IMG/VR virus record: IMGVR_UViG_3300023174_005338
Span: 248,001-312,000 of that record
Strand: one strand, 5' to 3'
Length of the DNA stretch: 64,000 nucleotides
Position 1 is the stretch's first letter. Each line of letters opens with the position of its first letter. The translations under genes were made by a program, and so were the position numbers. Under the pieces are notes generated by a model that saw only the letters and a list, made by a program, of their open reading frames with translations, was not told the origin of the DNA and did not search any database. This document shows positions 29,410-36,742 of this stretch, piece after piece.

Positions 29410-29879
29410 AGGATCTGGAACTTAAATTTCAAATTGATCAACTAAATGCCTGCTATGGCGATGCGTTGGATCGACATGATTACAACACATGGATGAATTT
29501 TTTTGAAGAAGAATGTTTGTATTTGGTGCAAAGTCGAGAAAATTTTGATCGCAACTTGCCTCTTGCATTGATACGATTGGAAAGCCATCGTATGATGCAA
29601 GATCGAGTTTATGGTTGCATGGACACAATTTTTCATCAAGAATATTATCAGCGTCATATAATTTCAGGTTGTGTGATTAGCAAAATAGAAAATAACAAAA
29701 TTTTTACTAGAACAAATTACACAGTTTTTAGAACCAAACCCACAGAATCTTCAGAAGTATTCAATGTTGGGTGCTATCACGATGTCTGGTCGCAACGACA
29801 CACCGGGCCAAAGTTGGCTGAACGCAAATGTGTTTACGACAGCGAAATGATTTTGAATGCGTTAATATATCCAATTTAA
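29406..29879 (+). CDS. nagH: Ring-hydroxylating oxygenase beta subunit, salicylate 5-hydroxylase small subunit-like
   Basis: SRENFDRNLPLALIRLESHRMMQDRVYG…YYQRHI…CVYDSEMILNALIYPI; ATGA overlap with the alpha subunit. Confidence 0.85.
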   Translation: MKDLELKFQIDQLNACYGDALDRHDYNTWMNFFEEECLYLVQSRENFDRNLPLALIRLESHRMMQDRVYGCMDTIFHQEYYQRHIISGCVISKIENNKIFTRTNYTVFRTKPTESSEVFNVGCYHDVWSQRHTGPKLAERKCVYDSEMILNALIYPI

Positions 29880-29916
29880 TAGTTTTTTTTCACATTCAAT
29901 GTTATACTGAAAAACA

Positions 29917-31680
29917 ATGATTCAAATAAAAAATCTCACAGTAAAAAACTTTATGAGCGTGGGCAACGCCACGCAAGGCATCGACTTTGATCGACGCGAC
30001 TTGACACTTGTGTTGGGCGAGAACTTGGATCTTGGTGGCGACGGAAGCCGCAACGGCACAGGTAAAACTACTATAATCAATGCTCTTAGCTACAGCTTGT
30101 ATGGGCAAGCATTAAGTAACATCCGCAAGGACAACTTAGTCAACAAAACCAACAACAAAAACATGTTGGTCAGTTTGGATTTCAGTGTGGACGGCAAAGA
30201 TTACCGGATTGAACGAGGCCGTAAACCCAACCTGCTGAGATTCTTTGTAAACAATCAAGAGCAAGTGGTCACAGACGAAGCACAAGGCGACAGCCGAGAA
30301 ACACAGGATGCCATTGAACATACCTTGGGCCTCAGTCACGACATGTTCAAACACATTCTGGCACTCAACACTTACACAGAACCGTTTCTGAGTCTCAAAG
30401 CCACAGATCAAAGAACCATCATTGAACAACTCCTGGGCATAACCATGCTGAGCGAGCGTGCCGATCGAATCAAAGAACACAACAGATCCACCAAAGAAGC
30501 CATACAGCAAGAAGAATTCCGTATTCGAGCTGTTCAAGAAGCCAATAAAAGGATAGAAGAACAGATTGAGGCTTTACGACGTAGACAGACATTATGGGTG
30601 ACTAAACATGAAGAAGAGATTACCAAACTCGAAACCGCGCTCGAAGAACTCAAAAAGATTGACATTGAAGCCGAGATTGCGGCCCACAAGGCGCACAAAG
30701 TATGGGATCAGAAGCGCAAGGACCTTAACGACCTGGCTGGACAGATCTCCCGCACGAAGCTTGATAAGGACCGCGAGAACAAAAGCATTGAGAAGCTTGG
30801 CAAGGAGATTGCGACACTTGAAGATCACACATGTCACACTTGCGGGCAGGCTTTCCACGACCATAAGCACCAACAGGTCCTGGCGGGTAAGCAGGCTGAT
30901 CTGGCAAGAGCGCGAGAAGCGTGCCAAGAACATACACAGCTCCTTTCAGAACTCGAGACTGCCCACACAGCCTTGGGCACGTTAGGGCGACCACCTGCTA
31001 TGTTCTATGATAGTGAAGAGGATGCCATACAACATCGTAGCAGCATGGCTGCCTTGCAAACTCAATTGACAAACAAACAGGCCGAAACAGATCCCTACGG
31101 CGAGCAGATAGCGGACATGCAAGGTCAGGCTTTGCAGGTAGTAAGCTATGACACACTCAATGAGCTGACCAGACTTCAGGAACATCAAGACTTCTTGCTC
31201 AAACTTTTGACCAGCAAGGATTCATTCATACGCAAAAAAATCATTGAACAGAATTTGAGTTATTTGAATGCCAGACTCACACACTACCTGGATAGGATTG
31301 GCCTGCCGCATACCGTGGTGTTCCAGAACGATTTGACTGTGAGCATCGAGGAGCTGGGTCGTGAGCTGGACTTTGACAATTTGAGTCGTGGCGAACGCAA
31401 CAGATTGATCTTGAGCATGAGCTGGGCCTTTCGTGATGTGTTTGAAAGCCTATACCAGCCCATCAATGTGCTGTTCATAGACGAAATGATTGATTCGGGC
31501 CTGGACACACAGGGTGTAGAAAATGCTCTTGCGTTGCTGAAGCACATGAGCCGCGAACGGCACAAGAGTATTTGGTTGGTCAGCCACAGAGATGAGCTAG
31601 CCGGAAGAGTTGAAAACATACTCCGAGTGGTCAAAGAAGGCGGCTTTACCAGTTACAACACGGATGTAGAAATTGCGTAG
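29917..31680 (+). CDS. gp46: Recombination endonuclease ATPase subunit (Rad50/SbcC-like)
   Basis: KNFMSVGN, Walker A NGTGKT, zinc hook CHTC, signature LSRGE, Walker B LFIDE, H-loop VSH. Confidence 0.92.
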   Translation: MIQIKNLTVKNFMSVGNATQGIDFDRRDLTLVLGENLDLGGDGSRNGTGKTTIINALSYSLYGQALSNIRKDNLVNKTNNKNMLVSLDFSVDGKDYRIERGRKPNLLRFFVNNQEQVVTDEAQGDSRETQDAIEHTLGLSHDMFKHILALNTYTEPFLSLKATDQRTIIEQLLGITMLSERADRIKEHNRSTKEAIQQEEFRIRAVQEANKRIEEQIEALRRRQTLWVTKHEEEITKLETALEELKKIDIEAEIAAHKAHKVWDQKRKDLNDLAGQISRTKLDKDRENKSIEKLGKEIATLEDHTCHTCGQAFHDHKHQQVLAGKQADLARAREACQEHTQLLSELETAHTALGTLGRPPAMFYDSEEDAIQHRSSMAALQTQLTNKQAETDPYGEQIADMQGQALQVVSYDTLNELTRLQEHQDFLLKLLTSKDSFIRKKIIEQNLSYLNARLTHYLDRIGLPHTVVFQNDLTVSIEELGRELDFDNLSRGERNRLILSMSWAFRDVFESLYQPINVLFIDEMIDSGLDTQGVENALALLKHMSRERHKSIWLVSHRDELAGRVENILRVVKEGGFTSYNTDVEIA

Positions 31681-32539
31681 AATACGAGTCTTACACATTG
31701 AACCCACCGACGTTTGTCAGGCTGCATGCCCGTTGTGTGCCCGAGAGACTGACCCAAACTTTAATAAAAGTTTAAAGCATCATCTCAGAGTAGAGCACAT
31801 ACAAAAACATTTTTCAGAACAAGTAATTTCCAAACTGGATAAAATGTTCATGTGTGGCAATTATGGTGATCCGGCTGCAGGCTACTATACCATGGACATC
31901 TACAACCACTTTAGAAAAGTCAATCCAGAAATTGTGTTGGGTATGAACACCAATGGTGCTGTGCAAAGCACGTTCTTTTGGCATGCGTTGGGACGATTGT
32001 TCAATCAGCCCAAAGATTATTGTGTGTTTAGCATAGACGGATTAGAGGATACCAATCACGTTTATCGTAAAAATGTCAATTGGGCCAAGCTAATGAGCAA
32101 CGTTCAAGCCTACATTGCCGCAGGTGGAAGTGCCCATTGGGACATGCTGGTGTACAAACACAATCAACATCAAGTGGATGCTTGCCAGCAACTGGCTCGT
32201 GACATGGGATTCAAGTGGTTCCGTGCCAAGGTCAGCAAGCGTGGATTCACTGATCATTTAGAATTTCCCATCGGGTGGCAACCGCCTGCGGTCAAGGCGG
32301 GGCCCATCAAATGCCATGTGATTAATGAAAAAAGCATGTACATTGATGCGCAAGGTCGTGCCAGTGCCTGTTGCTGGCTTGGTGCCACGCAACAAGATTT
32401 TGTCAAAGATGATTTGGCAACTGTAAAATTAACTTGGAAAACAGACACACCCAATCCGGTGTGTGTCAGTGCTTGTTCCACAAACAAAAATAAAACCGTA
32501 TTCCAAGACCAATGGCAACGCGAGGTACAACTGTGTTAG
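31673..32539 (+). CDS. Radical SAM protein with a C-terminal Cys-rich (Twitch/SPASM-like) region
   Basis: CQAACPLC (CxxxCxxC), CGNYGDP, NTNG, FSIDG; C-terminal KC…ACCW…CVSAC; TTG start overlaps the gp46 end. Confidence 0.85.
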   Translation: MRRIRVLHIEPTDVCQAACPLCARETDPNFNKSLKHHLRVEHIQKHFSEQVISKLDKMFMCGNYGDPAAGYYTMDIYNHFRKVNPEIVLGMNTNGAVQSTFFWHALGRLFNQPKDYCVFSIDGLEDTNHVYRKNVNWAKLMSNVQAYIAAGGSAHWDMLVYKHNQHQVDACQQLARDMGFKWFRAKVSKRGFTDHLEFPIGWQPPAVKAGPIKCHVINEKSMYIDAQGRASACCWLGATQQDFVKDDLATVKLTWKTDTPNPVCVSACSTNKNKTVFQDQWQREVQLC

Positions 32540-33543
32540 CCACCTGGCATTTTCATATCGAAATCAGTTCAAAGTGTACCCTGCGTTGCCCACGCTGTGC
32601 CAGACAAGAGGTTCCCGACAGTTTAGTAAACACTGAACTGGATTTAGAATTTTTTAAAAGAAACTTTACCGCAGAGTTTGTTCTTGACAATGTAGAAAAG
32701 ATCACATTTTGTGGTGACGACGGTGATCCTATCTATGCTCACGACCTTATACCAGTGATTCAATACATCAAGTCAATCAAACCTGTTGAGATTGTAGTTG
32801 TCACAAATGGATCACACAAGAAACCAGAATGGTGGCGTGAACTTGGTGGCGTGCTTAGTGAGCAAGATACTGTACACTTTAGCATCGACGGTTGGGACTA
32901 CCCAAGCAACAATCTGTATCGTGTCAACAGTGATTTCAACAGTATTGTCGACGGAATCACTGCACTACGATCAACCTCTGAGTGCCACCTTGTGTGGGCT
33001 GCCATTGTCTTTGGGTTCAATGAACACCAACTGGGCGCTATGAAAAATCATGCACGTTTGCTAGATATGGATGTATTTCAACTTACCAAGAGCACCAAGT
33101 TTGGCTCCGTTTATCTCTCCTACGGTCCAATCGATGAGCTAGAGCCCAGCCGGCCGTTTGTCAGCAGTTCACACAGATTTGAGAGAGATGTTACACCGAT
33201 AAGCTCGCGTGGACTCAATTCACAGACAAACACCAAGAACATACAATTATACAAATCTGCTGTAGAGATCAACGGTGTAAAACCCCTGTGTGAAATTGGC
33301 AACAAAGGACTTTATATTGACGCCCAAGGTAGATTATTCCCTTGCTGTTGGGTAGCAAACCGCTACAGTCACAATTCAGAATGGAAAGCTATTGCTAACA
33401 AATTTGATTTGAATCGTCGCACACTGGCCGACGCTGTAACTGACGATTTTTGGTCAACAACATTTAAAACCTTTGGGTGGCAAGAGTGCCAGACTAAGTG
33501 TGTAGCGAGCAGGGTAAATGAAAAATATGCAACTGAGTGGTAA
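32533..33543 (+). CDS. Second radical SAM protein, paralogous to the upstream one
   Basis: CTLRCPRC, FCGDDGDP, VTNGS, FSIDG; C-terminal LC…PCCW…CQTKC. Probable GTG start at 32533; the track uses the ATG at 32512. Confidence 0.85.
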   Translation: MLATWHFHIEISSKCTLRCPRCARQEVPDSLVNTELDLEFFKRNFTAEFVLDNVEKITFCGDDGDPIYAHDLIPVIQYIKSIKPVEIVVVTNGSHKKPEWWRELGGVLSEQDTVHFSIDGWDYPSNNLYRVNSDFNSIVDGITALRSTSECHLVWAAIVFGFNEHQLGAMKNHARLLDMDVFQLTKSTKFGSVYLSYGPIDELEPSRPFVSSSHRFERDVTPISSRGLNSQTNTKNIQLYKSAVEINGVKPLCEIGNKGLYIDAQGRLFPCCWVANRYSHNSEWKAIANKFDLNRRTLADAVTDDFWSTTFKTFGWQECQTKCVASRVNEKYATEW

Positions 33544-33561
33544 AATGATAAATTATAGTCC

Positions 33562-33990
33562 ATGGTATGGCTGTACGAAAACACTCCGATTGAACAACTA
33601 CCCGAAGACTGTGTTGGTTTTGTTTATTTGATCACAAATAACGTTACCGGCAGAAAGTACATTGGAAAAAAATTAGCAAAGTTTAGCAAGACCTCATATC
33701 GAGTAGTAAAATTAAAGAACGGCTACAAGAAACGTAAAAAGATAAGAAGCAAAATAGATTCAGACTGGCAACTATACTATGGCAGCAACGATCAACTCAA
33801 CCGAGACATTGCAGAGCTGGGCTCAGACAACTTCACAAGAGAAATATTGTTTTATTGCCGATCAAAAGCAGAATGCAGTTATGTTGAAGCACGCGAACAA
33901 TTCAATCATAAAGTATTGGAATCAGATGACTACTACAATGGACAGATTGTTTGCCGTATACACGGAAGTCATATAAAAAACAAAATTTAA
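33562..33990 (+). CDS. Small GIY-YIG-family nuclease
   Basis: GFVYLITNNVTGRKYIGKK, YYGS, FTREIL…E…YYN; 142 aa; single catalytic domain. Confidence 0.75.
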   Translation: MVWLYENTPIEQLPEDCVGFVYLITNNVTGRKYIGKKLAKFSKTSYRVVKLKNGYKKRKKIRSKIDSDWQLYYGSNDQLNRDIAELGSDNFTREILFYCRSKAECSYVEAREQFNHKVLESDDYYNGQIVCRIHGSHIKNKI

Positions 33991-33994
33991 ACTT

Positions 33995-34387
33995 AGATAG
34001 GCAACAACATGACTCTGCGGTAGGACTACCTACCCCCATTGAGGAACGGTGAGATACCCGGTCCAGATTCTTGGGTGTCAAAGGCAATTGCTAACTTAAG
34101 GCAACAAATGGTTTGAGCTCTGTGAAAAAGACACAACTCATGCTCATAGGACTTGGTTCTTCTCGGGTCACTAGGGTTCCGTTGATATGTGAAGCTTGAG
34201 TAGGGGGTACCGGTCAACCGCCTCCGCGTCGCGAGACAATCTCATTAGAAACGAAGTGACTGCTCCGACTCGGATAATGCGGCCTTTTTCACCCGGCAAC
34301 GGGTGAATTGTGACCACATGATCTGGATAATACGGAAAAAGAAATCATTGATGAGCGACAGCGAATCAATAGATCTCTAAGAGATCT
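33995..34387 (+). ncRNA. Candidate large structured non-coding RNA, family unrecognised, strand inferred
   Basis: About 400 nt without a credible ORF in a gene-dense genome; two GNRA-capped hairpins on the + strand and several 6-7-bp long-range complementarities (see findings). Confidence 0.55.
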
Positions 34388-34722
34388 CAGAACTGATCAG
34401 GAAAGTCTCGGAAAAGTGCGTGCTGAATGTTGCCACTCACAAACTGATTAAAACTTTTGTGTTTGGTTTCTAGTTCACCTTCAAGTGGTGCGACTCTTCG
34501 GAATGCCGCGTCCATTTGACCCATGTCCTTGAATTCCATTAGTATCATGAATTCAGGCATGTCTGCAATACTACGAAAACCCATCTTGCATCTAGTGATT
34601 CTATATGATTCCATTTTTCCTTCTGAGATCAAATGATCAAAGAAACTTTTCATTCCGTTGACCCAGTCCAGGTCTGAGATATTGCCTTCTTTGTCTGCCC
34701 AAATTGTATATAAGTCTGCCAT
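34387..34722 (-). CDS. DUF6614-like dimeric alpha/beta-barrel protein
   Basis: …HLISEGKMESYRITRCKMGF…EFMILMEFKDMGQMDAAF…LFRDFPD pattern; family recalled from memory. Confidence 0.5.
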   Translation of the reverse strand: MADLYTIWADKEGNISDLDWVNGMKSFFDHLISEGKMESYRITRCKMGFRSIADMPEFMILMEFKDMGQMDAAFRRVAPLEGELETKHKSFNQFVSGNIQHALFRDFPDQF

Positions 34723-35156
34723 TATTGTATAGGTCCTAAAATTTCAAAGCCTTCGAGGCCTTGTTTGTACAAGTGTGCTTGATCCAAGTACAAGTAGCTA
34801 AAACCGCGATCTCTGTAGATAGCACATTCGGTCTTCAAACTCTCAACCCCGAGTCTAGTTTTTGGATTGTGATATGTCCACGCAAACTGACTGGCCAATA
34901 CATTTTTATCATTCAGCCGCTTCATCAAACTAAAAGCCACCAGCTCATTGTGCTCTTTGTAGCCGATTACATCGGTCATGGCATCGGTGAACTGGCTGTC
35001 AAACAAGGGCATGACGCTGGCAAAGTGTTTGTAGATGCAGTAGGTCCTGTAGATGTCTTTGAGCTGTGCGATGTTGGGCTCACGTAGATATTCCCAGGCC
35101 ACTGTGGCCTTGTAGGTGGTTTTTCTCAAATCAATTCTAGCAAACTGATAGGTCAT
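34722..35156 (-). CDS. GNAT-fold protein resembling the C-terminal domain of Arg/Leu-tRNA-protein transferases (ATE1/Bpt)
   Basis: ELVAFSLM…SQFAWTYHNPKTRLGVESLKTECAIYRDRGFSYLYL parallels the ATE_C pattern (L.A….D…S.Y.F.DP…SLG..S.L.EI..A…G..Y.YL). Confidence 0.5.
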   Translation of the reverse strand: MTYQFARIDLRKTTYKATVAWEYLREPNIAQLKDIYRTYCIYKHFASVMPLFDSQFTDAMTDVIGYKEHNELVAFSLMKRLNDKNVLASQFAWTYHNPKTRLGVESLKTECAIYRDRGFSYLYLDQAHLYKQGLEGFEILGPIQ

Positions 35157-35656
35157 GTTCTGGGATCCTGTCTGTGCTGGAATAGTTCTTGCAGGTAATT
35201 TTCAGGCCAGGTCGCGTAAAATCCCTGACGTGCCATTGACCGTGCTTTTTGATCCAGGTCACTGAGACTCTGTACCAAGGCCAAGGCATAGGTACCTTGA
35301 TTCATGCTCACGCCGTTGACCATTTCTGGCAAGCCCGGATGATCCTCCAAGGCCAACAAGTCTTGGTTCAATAAAAATTCTTGGTTGGCCGAGTCAATGT
35401 GAACATGAAACTGCTCGGCAGTATAAGCTGTTGATTCATATACAAAAATTATGACACTTTTGGCAATGCCAGTCTGCGACACGACTTTCAAATCAAAATA
35501 AGGATTCATGCCCAGCCTGACTTCAAAGTCACGATCCAGCCGTGCCCGGCGGGCATACGGACACGGAGCCCAGCCGCCCAGGGCCGGATGTGGAACCTCC
35601 ACAAACGTGGCCATCCAGCGTTCAATGTCATAGGTAACAGTTTCTAAATTTAACAT
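35153..35656 (-). CDS. DUF1415-like protein
   Basis: ERWMATFVE…PCPYAR and LEDHP motifs parallel the DUF1415 W…V…CPFA and FHP motifs. Confidence 0.5.
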   Translation of the reverse strand: MLNLETVTYDIERWMATFVEVPHPALGGWAPCPYARRARLDRDFEVRLGMNPYFDLKVVSQTGIAKSVIIFVYESTAYTAEQFHVHIDSANQEFLLNQDLLALEDHPGLPEMVNGVSMNQGTYALALVQSLSDLDQKARSMARQGFYATWPENYLQELFQHRQDPRT

Positions 35657-35659
35657 TTT

Positions 35660-35896
35660 TTAAAAGAAAGGCAGGCCCGTCTTCTTTGTGGTTTCTAAGT
35701 TTTCTTTGATCAAGTTGCTGATAGTGTTGCGCTCTTGTACACTGAGATGTAGAGCTTGATCGTAGCTGATGCCGCCACGCATGTACCAGGCCACTTTGAT
35801 CGCTTCTTGTCTTATGTCCTGTGTTTCTTTGTCCATCTGATCCACGACTTTGGAAATCTGGTCAGAGTCCAAGACTAAGAGGCGGGCACGAAAAAA
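35660..35896 (-). CDS. Tail/baseplate assembly chaperone C-terminal frame (probable -1 frameshift extension of the upstream ORF)
   Basis: The frame is open across the slippery site: FFRARLLVLDSDQISKVVDQMDKETQDIRQEAIKVAWYMRGGISYDQALHLSVQERNTI…; internal ATG at 35836. Confidence 0.6.
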   Translation of the reverse strand, partial: FFRARLLVLDSDQISKVVDQMDKETQDIRQEAIKVAWYMRGGISYDQALHLSVQERNTISNLIKENLETTKKTGLPFF

Positions 35897-36708
35897 CTGG
35901 CCATGTCCAAGGTCAACACCTGCTCGTACTGGTGTTTGCAGGCCGTGCATTCCAGGTTGAGTGGTTGAAGTTCGCTTTGTTCACGCAGTCGCAACACATG
36001 ATCACGTATCTGATTGAACAGATCTCGATCGCAGTTTTTCAGGAATTCTTCAATGAAAGCTGGTTCTCGGACCAGGGCCTGTGGAGTTTTAATTGTGACA
36101 ATGCTGATGGCCAGGCTTCGCACAGTGATTTCAGTCAGCTGTCTGAATGCTTGGTTAAGGGCAGCCATCTTGTCGGCTTCAGATATTGTGCTGTCAGGTA
36201 TGACCTGCAACAGTTTTTGTTGTTCGTACTGCAATGCACTGTTGTCATTGAGATTTTTATAGCTCAACGGACGGAAATAGATCTCCAAATCGCCGTGTGC
36301 AATGTGTGCCGCGTAGTCAGGCGCTCGCAGGGCATCCAACATGGTTCTTAAATCTATGGTGCGTTCTGACGTGTCGTTACAGGCCGGGCACGTGGTTGCA
36401 AACTCCATGTCATGTCCGTAGCTGGCTATGCGTATGGCTATAAGGATGGTGTCTAGATCAATACCGGGCACTGCCCAGGCATCTCGGATGTTTGGCACAC
36501 AGCTCTGTATCACGTTGACAGTGGCCTGTCCGTTGAACAAGGCATCTGGTGTGCGATAGGTAATTTCGTCTATGGCAGTCATGGGATACACTGGCAATTC
36601 ACCATTGGCTGGCATGTTTAACGTGCCAGCAGGATAGTTCTGCCCGCCACTGGGCAACTTTATGTAGATGCTGGGTTGTCGGAAATACTGACTTAAAGGA
36701 TTGCTCAT
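35875..36708 (-). CDS. Baseplate hub assembly / tail assembly chaperone (T4 gp26/gp51-like)
   Basis: YIKLPSGG…VYPMTAIDEI…DLDTILIAIRIASYG…CPAC…CTAC; ends …SFFVPAS; adjacent to the tape measure gene. Confidence 0.7.
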   Translation of the reverse strand: MSNPLSQYFRQPSIYIKLPSGGQNYPAGTLNMPANGELPVYPMTAIDEITYRTPDALFNGQATVNVIQSCVPNIRDAWAVPGIDLDTILIAIRIASYGHDMEFATTCPACNDTSERTIDLRTMLDALRAPDYAAHIAHGDLEIYFRPLSYKNLNDNSALQYEQQKLLQVIPDSTISEADKMAALNQAFRQLTEITVRSLAISIVTIKTPQALVREPAFIEEFLKNCDRDLFNQIRDHVLRLREQSELQPLNLECTACKHQYEQVLTLDMASFFVPAS

Positions 36709-36742
36709 TTTACCACCATAAATATTGTGCTAATACTTATAC

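Noticed and set aside
25605-29879. Cassette as host DNA at a prophage boundary or as a transposon
   Set aside because: It is flanked on both sides by intact phage core genes, and no integrase, transposase or terminal repeats were seen. Misassembly cannot be excluded without reads.
33995-34387. Known RNA classes (tmRNA, RNase P, tRNA, group I/II intron, HEARO/omega RNA) or the short ORFs 33902-34087 and 34026-34217
   Set aside because: Signature sequences were not recognisable by eye, no gene is interrupted, and the short ORFs lack coding features. A covariance-model search is still needed.
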